From positions 47,622,020 to 47,686,019 of the forward strand of contig NC_068999.1 of the NCBI RefSeq assembly GCF_001194135.2: a stretch of 64,000 bases of DNA, in the 5' to 3' direction. The first letter of the stretch is position 1; each line of letters starts with the position of its first letter. The notes below the pieces were generated by a model that saw only the letters and a program-made list of their open reading frames with translations, searched no databases and was not told where the DNA came from. The translations under genes were made by a program, and so were the position numbers. Below are positions 12,401 through 24,400 of this stretch, piece by piece. This stretch comes from Octopus bimaculoides. Lineage: Eukaryota.

Positions 12401-15400
12401 AATGTCGCACACTTACTAAATAGAAACTGGTTTATTAACAGACTACCATTGCATTGATTGAAGAGTGTTAATTAAGAAACTGTTCTTTCTTAACGAGAAA
12501 ACATAATTTCCTGAAACATGTTTGGTGTCACATGGCATCACGTGATGACGGAGTGTCCTGGATCCAAAGAGATGAACTCAATATTTCGTCTGACCACCGT
12601 TAGCATTGATAACCGCCAAGCATCTTCTGTGCATTGAATGCACCAAACGATTGATGAAGGCCATGGGGGTAGCAGCCCACACTCTATCAAAACTTGCCGT
12701 GAGTTGTGCCACAGTTGTCGGACTTGGACTGATGTCATTTAGCCTTCTTTGGATTTTGTCCCACAGATGTTCCATGAGGTTCAAGTCCAGACTTAGGGTA
12801 GGCCACGTCAGTATCTGGATGTTGTGCTGTTGGAAGAAGTCTGTTGTCAACCTGGCAGTATGGGCACGGGTGTTGTTGTGTTGGAACACGGGATTCCGAT
12901 GACGGACAATGTGAGGCCTCAACACTTGGTATATGTAGTGAGCAGTGGTTACTCCATTGCCCTGGCCTTGGCCAATGTTTGGGAAGGCCACCGGTTTAAG
13001 TTTCTGGTTGAGTGCAGTCTCACTCCATACCATGATGCTTTGTCCTCCCCTTGAGTTTCTCTCCACCACACAGCCATCAGCATGGCATTCACCCCTTCTC
13101 CAAATCCTAGCTCTGCCATCTGGCACAGAAATGCAATATCGACTTTCATCAGAGAAGACTACAGTCCTCCACTGCTGATATCGGTAGTTCTGACGTTTTT
13201 GAGCCTACTGCAGGTGTGCCTGTCAATGATGACTGTGAAGACAGGGTCCCTAGCCGGACATTGACAAGACAGGTTGAAAGATTTCAACTGGTGGTGAACT
13301 ACTTCTGCACAAATTGATCTGTGGTGAGTCCCTATGGCCTTCTTAGCTGATTCCATTGCCCTCCAGAATCGGTCCTGCAAGTGCTGTTGGTGCAGGTGGC
13401 GATCTTGACATGGCATTGTAACCCTCAGTCGGCTACTGCATGGACGGTCATCCATGCTGTTTGTGGAATTGTATCGTTCCCTCATCTGCTCAATTGTCCA
13501 AAGACTGCAATTCAAGTCATTAGCGATGACCCATGGACGTTGACCAGCATGGAGACGTCTGATGGCCTCCTCCTTCTGATTTCGTGTCAGCCTTGGCATG
13601 CTTGCTGCATTTGGGAAACGAATGGCAGGTTTGTAAATTTGGGTGCCTTTTATACCCAATGAGTCAACGTTTTGCACGTGTATCATGCTTTTCATAAAGA
13701 TGCATTCACGAGCATTACTACGTTTGAACCCTACATGTAATCCTTGTGCTTTCAAAAGAAAGGAGTGTTGTGGGTCGGTGACATCTTCCTGATGTCAAAT
13801 TACTTTGAAATGTGATAAAATCCATACAATCTCAATATCATGTGTGACACACAATATTTTACAGTGCAATGTTCTTTCATAGTTCAGTACACACACACAC
13901 ACACACTGAACTACATATAAATAATTTACCTCATAACCTTTCTAAATTTAATATTTTATTTCCTGGTGTCAGATTTTTAATGTTTCTCTCTCTCATCTTT
14001 TTTCAAAAACGAGAAGAATCTAATGTATTTTTCTTCAACTTCAAAGCATTCAAGTTATCAGTTTTGGCCAGACTAGTTCTTAGAAATAAGATTATAAATT
14101 TTTGAAGTTTTAATCNNNNNNNNNNNNNNNNNNNNNNNNNNNNNNNNNNNNNNNNNNNNNNNNNNNNNNNNNNNNNNNNNNNNNNNNNNNNNNNNNNNNN
14201 NNNNNNNNNNNNNNNNNNNNNNNNNNNNNNNNNNNNNNNNNNNNNNNNNNNNNNNNNNNNNNNNNNNNNNNNNNNNNNNNNNNNNNNNNNNNNNNNNNNN
14301 NNNNNNNNNNNNNNNNNNNNNNNNNNNNNNNNNNNNNNNNNNNNNNNNNNNNNNNNNNNNNNNNNNNNNNNNNNNNNNNNNNNNNNNNNNNNNNNNNNNN
14401 NNNNNNNNNNNNNNNNNNNNNNNNNNNNNNNNNNNNNNNNNNNNNNNNNNNNNNNNNNNNNNNNNNNNNNNNNNNNNNNNNNNNNNNNNNNNNNNNNNNN
14501 NNNNNNNNNNNNNNNNNNNNNNNNNNNNNNNNNNNNNNNNNNNNNNNNNNNNNNNNNNNNNNNNNNNNNNNNNNNNNNNNNNNNNNNNNNNNNNNNNNNN
14601 NNNNNNNNNNNNNNNNNNNNNNNNNNNNNNNNNNNNNNNNNNNNNNNNNNNNNNNNNNNNNNNNNNNNNNNAAAAAAAAAAAAAAAAAAAAAAAAACAGA
14701 AAAACAATATGGCCTAACAGACATTTTGGATTCAAGACAGTTAATAATAGATGAATGGAAATTCTGGAATTTAATTCATATACTATTTTGGCTCATTTGT
14801 TTTATGTCTATGTATAGATGGAATGTCAGCATTATATACATATACATGTGTGTGTGTGTATAATATACGCACACATATGGTCAGATATGAATGCAATGCG
14901 GACACCAGATGTTAGGTGAAAATGCATGGAGCATTATGCATAAACAATAATTATGTTTTGTTGATGTTTAGCCCCAAGTTAGTCTTGATGGAGTCAATTT
15001 GTGAGGAAAAGCATTCCAAACATAACTGTCCTATCTTTTTGCTCAAGTATTAACATAATATTTAGGGCTACATTATGTGTCCCAGTCTTTCATTTGAATG
15101 AGATCAGATTTGTGTATGTGACTGTGTCTTTTTAGGGATCTCTCGAGGAAACCATAGACCTACAATGTTTTCTTATGTCGCATAGGCTTGACATCATCAG
15201 TGGTAGTTAGCTAAACACTGTTTGGTGCAGTGATATCTTAATTAATTTGTTAATTAAGTAGTAGTGGGAGAAATTATGTTGAATGTAATTAAGAAGCCTG
15301 AATAAGTAAATTAATTAATTCATTCAATTTTTCTTTTTCAGTGAGCATCGTTTGCCACCAACATCTAGTTCTGAGGTGAAGGTAAGTGACCCAGATATAA

Positions 15401-18400
15401 ATGTGCTTGTCCTAGCTGTTAAATGTCCCAAATCTATTGACACTTTAGCATTTAAACCGGCCAATATCAGGCATAAATATTCTACCTGCTTAATGCTCAC
15501 ACCAGCCAGATCTGTCCTCTTACACCTACCTATAGTCATCATCATCATTGTTTAACGTCCATCTTCCATGCTGGCGTGAATTGAACAATTTGACAGGAGC
15601 TGGTCAAGCAGAAGACTGCACCAGACTTCTGTGTCTGTTTTGACATGGCTTTTGCAGCTGGATGCCCTTCCTAACACCAACCACTCTACAAAATGGACTG
15701 AGTGCTTTTTATGTGGCACCAGTACAAGTGGGGTCAGTTTTGGCATGGTTTTTACAACTGGATGCCCTTCCATAAGCCAACCACTTTACTGTGTGGACTG
15801 GATGCTTTTTTACATGGCACCAGCACTGGTAGGGTCACCAAGTAACTTGCAAGACAAGGAACCTTTGAAAGGGGAGAGGGTATTGGAGGTTGTGATCTCG
15901 TGTCAGGTCATTCTAAAAATAAACACTCACATCATCAAAATCTCAAAGCTACAAGATAATGCATGATTAATTCAAAACGATCTGAATGAATATGCATTAC
16001 ATTTGTCAGAATAGGATAAAGACCCCCTTTGGTCATGAATGACCATAGGATTGCACTACAAAGTTCTCCGAGGTACAAGTCTGGGCAAGGTTGTTTATGG
16101 AAGACCAGCAGTCTCCCTTTTTCATGCCACTGATGTTGTCCAAGGGAAATGCAAAGGCCGATACAGCTTGATACCTGTGACATTGCAATTCATTTCTACA
16201 GCTGAGTGAACTGGAGCAATGTGAAATAAAGTCTTGCTCAAGAACACAACACACAGCCCAGTCCAGGAATCAAACTCACTACCTCATGATTGTGAGCCTG
16301 ATTTACTAACCACTGAGCCATGCTGTGGGGCTGAACTCAAAACCATGCAGTTACAAAGCGAATTTCTTAACTACACAGTTATGCCTATATGTTGCAATTA
16401 ATTGAAATGAAATCTCAAATGAATCTGTTCCTGCATTTCCTTAATGTCTGTGTTTTTACTTTTCTTAGCTGAGGCAACAAGAATATGAAAGAAGTCAGAA
16501 ATGGATGAAGATGTTGAGAAACTGGGATAAATATTATGGAGGAGAAAAGGTAGGTTGAAATTCGTTTTGAGATGAATTTTTTTATGGATTGTTTTTGTTT
16601 CTTAAACCTCCATTTATTTTGAGGCTGTTTCGTATTTTAGATTTAACTCTTCCACATTTAAACTTGCCATATCCAGCTAAAATATTCTACCTGTTTTATG
16701 TTCAAAAGCCATCCCTACATCAGTTATTTAAGGGATGATTTTACCCCTAATTCCTGAGGGAGGTGAGTTGGCTACAAGCGAGTAGGATCTTCGATAATGA
16801 GAGCAGATAGTTCCACTTTGCAGCTTCAGCGAGAAGTGATTTCTAACAAGAATCTTTGACACTATGCTTTGCATTTCTTCTAACATTTATCTTCCAACTT
16901 TGAGAAACATATTTTGAAACATCATCATCATCATCGTTTAACGTCCGCCTTCCATGCTAGCATGGGTTGGACGATTTGACTGAGGACTGGTGAAACCGGA
17001 TGGCAACACCAGGCTCCAGTCTGATTTGGCAGAGTTTCTACAGCTGGATGCCCTTCCTAATGCCAACCACTCAGAGTGTGTAGTGGGTGCTTTTACGTGT
17101 CACCTGCACGAAAACGGCCACGCTCGAAATGGTGTCTTTTATGTGCCACCCGCACAAGAGCCAGTCCAGGGGCACCGGCAACGATCTCGCTCGAAAAACC
17201 TCATGTGTCACTCGCACAAGAGCCAGTCCATGGGCACTGAATATTTTTAACAGAGTTCTACTTGTTGTGCCAGTTGATTTATTCACTTTAGCATCGGAAA
17301 TAAATGTTGCAGTGCAGTCAATTTTAACTTGCCTTTGTATTTTCTTATTGATATTCATCTAGACTTATATTAACCAGAAAACATAACATTATCAGGGCTA
17401 TGTCCTCATTGCTTTCATTCAACTACTCTCTCTAAACACTTACAAAACAAGTACTTTTTCAAGTGTCCCAGTTTTTTGGTTTCATTACTGTCTCGTATCT
17501 ACAAGGCTACAAAAGTCTTGAAGAGAAAAATCGGATTTTGTGATATAATTTTTGTTGTTTTGTTGAACAATTGAGATTTCAAGCAATGATCTTTTGAACG
17601 TTTAACATTTTTGGAAGTGTGATGAAAATATTTCTTTCTCTTTGTTATTAAATAACAAAATGGATAATTTTTTTACTTACCGTTTCATTTACTTTTGACT
17701 ATTTTCTAGATGGCACGCCGGGTGTACAAAGGTATTCCTGAGAGAATGCGTGGAATTGTGTGGGCCCGACTTCTTGATGTAAAGAAAGTAAAATCAGAGC
17801 AAGAAGGAATCTATGAGGTTTGGATATTTAAATACTAGTCCCTGTCTTTTAGTACCATTAGAATCCTGTCTGTTATGTAACATTGTAGCTAACCAAATTT
17901 TTCTCATAATTTTTATTCTTTCATAAGCTGAACCAAGAATTTCAGGAATGGGATCACCTCCTCCAATGTCCCCTCCTTTATAGCAAGACACCTGTTTCTG
18001 CCTCTGTCTCTCTGTCACACTCTAACCTTTCATCATTTGGCACAAGATCATCCCTCTCAAAATTCCTTGTCTTGCAAGTTACTTGGTGACCCTGCCAGTG
18101 CTGGTGCCACGTAAAAGGCAGTATTTTAATGGAAGATACTTTCAGTAGATGTAGACAAAAGAAAATTTGGAATGACGTTAGATAATCATCAGCATGCCTC
18201 TTTCCATGCTGGCATGGGTTGAGCAGTTCAACATGAACTGATGAGCTAGAGGGCTACACCAAGCTCTGATGTCTGCTTTGGCATGGTTTCTTTCTACAGC
18301 AGGATGTCATTCCTAATGCCAGCCGCTTCATAGAGTGTATAGGGTACTTTTTTCTAAGTACTAGCCCTGGTGAGGTCACCAAGTATCGAGGGATAAGAAA

Positions 18401-21400
18401 CCAAGAGACAAGAACAGCTGTCTTGCAGAAGAAGTGAATACATAGCTTTCCAGTGTGGAATATATTATTCCTCATAAGTAAGACAATGCAAAATTGCACT
18501 AAGTAAAGAATGGTGTTTTTTTTTTTTTGTTGAAAATGTGACAGCATCATATAGTAGATTAGATAGTATTTGCTGATTGTGAATATCCACTTGAGTACCT
18601 CAAGTGATATTGAAGAGGGTTATTTGAATTGTTGTAAAAGTGAAGTAGCAGAATAGATGAACCATTGTGTTAACTGTTAATCGTGCACACCTACTTTTCT
18701 AAAATGAGAATAGTCGCATCATTCCTCCACAGTAAGAACCCGGCTGTACTCCAGCCCTTTTTTTTTCATACTTTACACCTTTGTATTCCTTATTCTCTTA
18801 GCTTAAAGTTCCCCCACTCTCCATTTGGGGTTTATTAACTTGTGAGCTGCATGGTGACATAAAAAGTATTCAGTACACTTTTGTAATGAGGTTGGTGTTA
18901 GAAAGAGCATCCAGCTGTAGAGACCATGCCAAAACACACACTGGAGCATGATGCAATCCCTTGGGCCCATCAGATCCTTGTGAACCCATCTAACTCTTTC
19001 GAGCATGGGACTTGAATGTTAAATGATGATGATTATACCATGTCAGTTTGTTTAACTGGGGAATTATTTACTTGGAAATTACTCTTTCTAATGGATTTTC
19101 GTATGATGATCCAGCAGCAAAAATTGTTATTTTGTTTCTATAGCAACCCTGTTTTTAATGTACACCAATTGGTGATGAAATGATCCACCGATTCAACCAG
19201 TATTTATAAAGTTGACATGTTTTCTGAGTATACGAATTTGTCCAGATTTTAAAATATTGATTTCTTTATTTTCCAGAAAATGATAATGCGCTCAAGAAAA
19301 GTGTCACCATATATCAAACAGATTGATATGGACGTGAACCGAACCTACCGAAACAACATAATGTTCAGAGATAGATATGGCGTGAAGTAAGTATGGTGTT
19401 CATTTGTTGCTGTGGAAAGAAGGCTTGCTTTTGTTTCCAGATCCTAATATTAAATTATATTACACTAGAGCATGACGAGGTCCTCTAACTTATTGGATCC
19501 TGTCAAACTGTCTGACCCATAACAGCATGGAAGACAGGCATTAAAAGATGATGGTGGTGCATTATATTATGCTAGGGTTTGAGATCGTAGTCATGGCCGA
19601 TGACAGTGTCACATAAATGGCCCATTAAAAGCACCCTTCAGTCGTTGGGTGATATGCTGTGCTTGTGAAGACCTGTCGAACCGAGTGAAATTGTAGCTGT
19701 GGCTGATACCAGTGCTTTCTGACTGGCACCCATGCCGGTGGCACATAGAAAGCACCGTTCAATCAGTTCAATTTGTATTTTCTGTCTTCCCCAAGGAAAG
19801 CATCTTTGATGTTTGCTTCCCAAAGAACTGTCATCTCTACCATCTGTACCACCTTCCTTTCCTTTCCTTGCGCCACGTGACAAAGTTGGGTCTTCCTGGT
19901 AGCAAAAAGTGGGAAGTAATAAAACAGAAAACAAGATTCTATGAAGAAATGGAAACCTGAGTTACATTGCTTTGAATAACCATTTAATATTTACTCTGGC
20001 AAAGGCAACGAGCTGGCAGAATCGTTAGCACGCTGGACAAAATGCTGCCAAGCATTTTGTCCATCTTTACATTCTGAGTTCAAAATCTGTGGCGGTTGAC
20101 TTTGCCTTTTATCTTTCAGGGGTCAATAGACTAAGTACCAGTTGAACTCTGGAGGTCAATGTAATTGACTTAACCCCTCCCCCCAAATTGCTGGCCTTGT
20201 GTCAGAATTTGAAACAAATATTTATTCTGGTAAATAACAACAGTAAAAGTGAAATGGAATAATTTTTTGTTCTCACTTTCAGTTTTTGATATTGTAGAGG
20301 CAGGGTTAACTTTTGTTTGAAGAATAAGTCATTAAAACTAACGATTTTATATGACAAACAATAATTTGTTTACACCTTCATGCTTGGTGATTGGATGGTA
20401 ATAGAATGTGCTTTTGAAGTGCTCCCCCCTCCCAACACCAAAAAAATCTTTGTAGATATTTTCTATTTCAGACAAAAAAAAAAAAACATCATCTAATTGT
20501 ATTGGTTGGCTTCTAAGTATATAATGCAAATTGTGGTTGTCTTTCTATTTTAGACAAAAAGCATTGTTCAATGTATTGGCTGGTTACTCAATGTACAACA
20601 CAGAAGTTGGCTATTGTCAAGGAATGAGTGAAATAGCTGCTCTACTTCTGATGTACCTGGATGAAGAGGTAAATACTCAATATTCATAGCATATTTATTT
20701 CTTCTTGTTTAATACACCTATAGCAGCCTCACCATTGGTCAGCTAAGTAGCAGTATGTTAATTTTGATTAATCACAAAAAGAAATGTAGAGGAAGTGGGG
20801 ATTTTGTTAAGTTCCCTGATGGTTGGCTCAGCTTCAAGAATCTATCTTATGATTCCTTCTTGCAACATTCTATTCGCATATCCTTCGTACCAGAGTTGTG
20901 ATCTCTCGATGCAAGAATTTGTAATTAAAAACATTCAGTTGAGTGTTGCGGGTAGATTCAGTTATATTTTGGTATTTCTCATCTAATAAATTTATTAAGT
21001 CAGTGGCAATTGTTTTTTTTGTTTTTTTCCATATCACCCTTCATATATTTGCAGGATCTGGATGAGTAATTTAGGATATTTGTATAGGTTACTTGAATCA
21101 ATGTTTTTACAACAGTATTACAATCTTTCTGCTTTCTGCTCAGCAGTGATATAAGAATGAGTAACGACTCCTTTGAAAGAGTATAATGAACTGGAATAAC
21201 AAAACTGTTTCTGCATTTTTAACATAGAACTCAAAGTAGTACATAGTGTATACATTTAATGTAAACATTCAAACATTGTCACTATCTTTCTGATTCCTGC
21301 TGTGTGTCACATGGAATTTTCAGCCCTCTGAGGTCATATTGGTGTATAAGTCAACCTGCTTTTTTTAGCTGCAAATTTTGGTTTGAGAATTTCAACTTGT

Positions 21401-24400
21401 ATGCTGGAAAATACAGTATCTGCCCTTATTTCATTAAGATTCTAAAAATATAAGGCAGGGCATAACACAGACCTACTCTAGCCCAATAATGATCTGATCT
21501 ACCCACTTCCTACCCCCCCCCCTCACATAGCTTTCATTTGCATCTCCTATAATTATTTGATTTAACCCTTTATTTTAATTGGTTTTGTTCATAATCATTC
21601 ATTTCTTCTTTAGGATTCTTTCTGGGGTCTTTCACAATTACTGACTGACAAAAAGCATGGAATGCATGGTGAGTTCATATTTTCTTTTTAAATATCTCCT
21701 ATTGACTTGTGTTGTTGCTGTTATTATTATTAATATTATTATTATTCTTTTAACTCAGGTTTTGTTGGATCTTCAGGAGTCTTGTATACGTAGCAGGCTT
21801 GCTACCTGCAGCTTACGGTACCATGCTATCTGTTCTTTTCAACTATCCAATACTTTCCCGAAGATTCTGGTCATGCCTACGAGGCAAAGCTTTTGAAATT
21901 GCTCTACTGGGCACTCTATTCCTGCTTCTTTCATAATTCCTCTTGCTGCCTTCTGATACTGTCCCCAAAGACCCAACAATAATTGGCACTATCTTCACCT
22001 TTCATCATTTTTCATAGCTCGGTTATCTTGTACTTGAGGGGATTGTATATGTGTTTTTTTTTGCCTTCCTTCTTGGCTGTTCATGGGTCAAAGGGGCATG
22101 CAACATCAGTTATAGAGTACATGTGGTTCACCTTGTCTACCACTACTAGGTCTGGCTGGTACTCAAGCACCTGGTCTGTTTGGATTGGGAAATTCCACAG
22201 ATTTTGCAGGTTTCCTATCCCACCATTCTCTATGGTTTGTGCTCTATTATTATTTTTTTTTTAATTATTATTTGATGCGGTGGCAGAATCATTACCATGC
22301 TGGGCAAAATGCTTAGTGGTTTTTTCTTCTGGCTCTTTAAGTTCTGGGTTCAAATGCTGCTAAGGTCAACTTTACCTTTTATCCTTTCAAGGGTGATAAA
22401 TTAAGTACCAGTTGAGCACTGAGGTAATTGTAAATAGCTAAACCCCTTCCCACCAAATTCCAGGCCTTTTACCTATATTAGAAAGAATTATTAACTCTTA
22501 TGTACAGTTCTGTGTTTTAAACCCTTTGTTCATACAAGGATTTGACAAAAGAAACTAAAAATGGGCAGGTGTGTTTAGAATGTAATAACTTTTATGAAGC
22601 TTTCTGTGTGTATATGTGACCTTGAAATGTTACAAGCCATATCCTGTGCCACCCATTTGTGTACCTAGTGATGAGGCACTGCATTTTCAAGCGGTTCACG
22701 ATGCATGTCTACTGCAGATTGAAGCGGTTTATGACGTTAAGATTTAGCAAGCTGGCTGAATCATTAGCATGCATGGCAAAATTCTTAACAGCATTTCAGA
22801 CTTTACATTTCTATGTTCAAATACTGCCAAGGATGACTTAGCTTTTCGTCCTATCGGGTGTGATTTAAATAAGTACCAGTCGAGCACTGGGGTCAATGTA
22901 ATCGACTTATACCCCATCCCCTGCCCCTAAAATTTCAGACCCTGTTCTTTTAGTAGAAAGGATTGTTATTATTAACGTTGCTGGGATTTAGTCGAACCAA
23001 CTTTTATTTTATTTTTAATAAAACTGTTGGAACTCTTGTGATTTGTTTTTAGGTTTATTTATGCCTGGCTTTCCGAAACTGATCCGACTTCAAGAACACC
23101 ATGATAACATTCTTCGAAAGTATTTGGGAAAACTTCGAAAGCAATTGGTAAACATTTTATTTTTAAAATTTCATACCTATAATTCTATATTTTTCTCATT
23201 AGTTCTTCTTGGACTCTTTCATAAGTATTCTATGCTCAGATAATTATCTTTCTTGAGAATGTTTTCTGATTAAATAGTCATGTCAAATATTTTATTTATT
23301 TTTAAATGTACCACATTTTCCTGCACATACAAGTCAATGTAGTATGTAGTATAAACATTCGGATATCATCCTTATCTTTCCAAATTCTACTGCATTTCAC
23401 ATGGAATTTTTGTTCTTTCAAAGTCGTTTTGGTCCTATAAGTTGACCTACCTTTTTCTGGTTGTAAATTTTGGTCTGAAGAATTTGACTTGTATGCTGAG
23501 AAATATGGTATTTTAATTTTTATATATGATTTCTGCTTTGTTTACCAGTTATTTTAAAATAAAGTATACTTGTCTTTATAATCCATGTAATAATGGTTGT
23601 CACTGTATTTTTTGCATTTTTCAAAATTTAATTTTTGCATAAAATACAATATTAAATGAATTCTCTTTTTTCAGTTGAGACAGGAAGTGTATCCATCATT
23701 GTATAGCATAAAATGGTTTTTGCAATGTTTTCTTGACAGAGTAAGTTACTTAGAATACTTGTACATCTTATTCTTAATTGTCTTGACATTGTATTTTTAC
23801 TCTTTGATCCCATTAGCAAGCACATAGTTTGAAATGAATCCACTGTGGTCACACACCACAGAATCTGCTAGCATACACAAATAGAGTGGACAGACAGTGT
23901 AGTAATGGCAACACTGTCAGACTGTACCCTATTCAATTCATCTCCTAATATAATAATGAGCGTAGTGTTTTTATATATTTGTCCAAAATCATGCAGTAGG
24001 AGTGAATGGTGAATGGAAAAGAGAGACAATAGTTATTCAGTGAAGGAGAAGTAATGAGAGTAATTGCCATGACTGAGAGGGAGTGAGAGAAAGTAATAGC
24101 AATGAGAGAGAGGAAGTGGCAAAGAGAGTGTTGCGTATATTCTACTGTAATAATACTCTTGTGTATTTCTCTGTCACAACATATGAATGAGAAAGGAAGG
24201 AGTGATCCACTGATGGAAGTGGGATGGTGAAAATGCAGTTTTGAATATTCTTTTATTATTGAATATTTCAAGTCACAATATATACATATAAAAATACACT
24301 ACATGTATTGTGTAGGTCTTCCTCCTCCTTCCCCTCCTGGTTCTTCCTTCCGTTGGTTGCCAGAGCACTAGCTTGTCAGCAATTTCGTCGGTGTATCTGA

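Noticed and set aside
14003-14735. Long ORFs spanning N runs (also 49030-49714, 51467-51958, 53434-54088, 61728-62633)
   Set aside because: Artefacts of assembly gaps translated as X.
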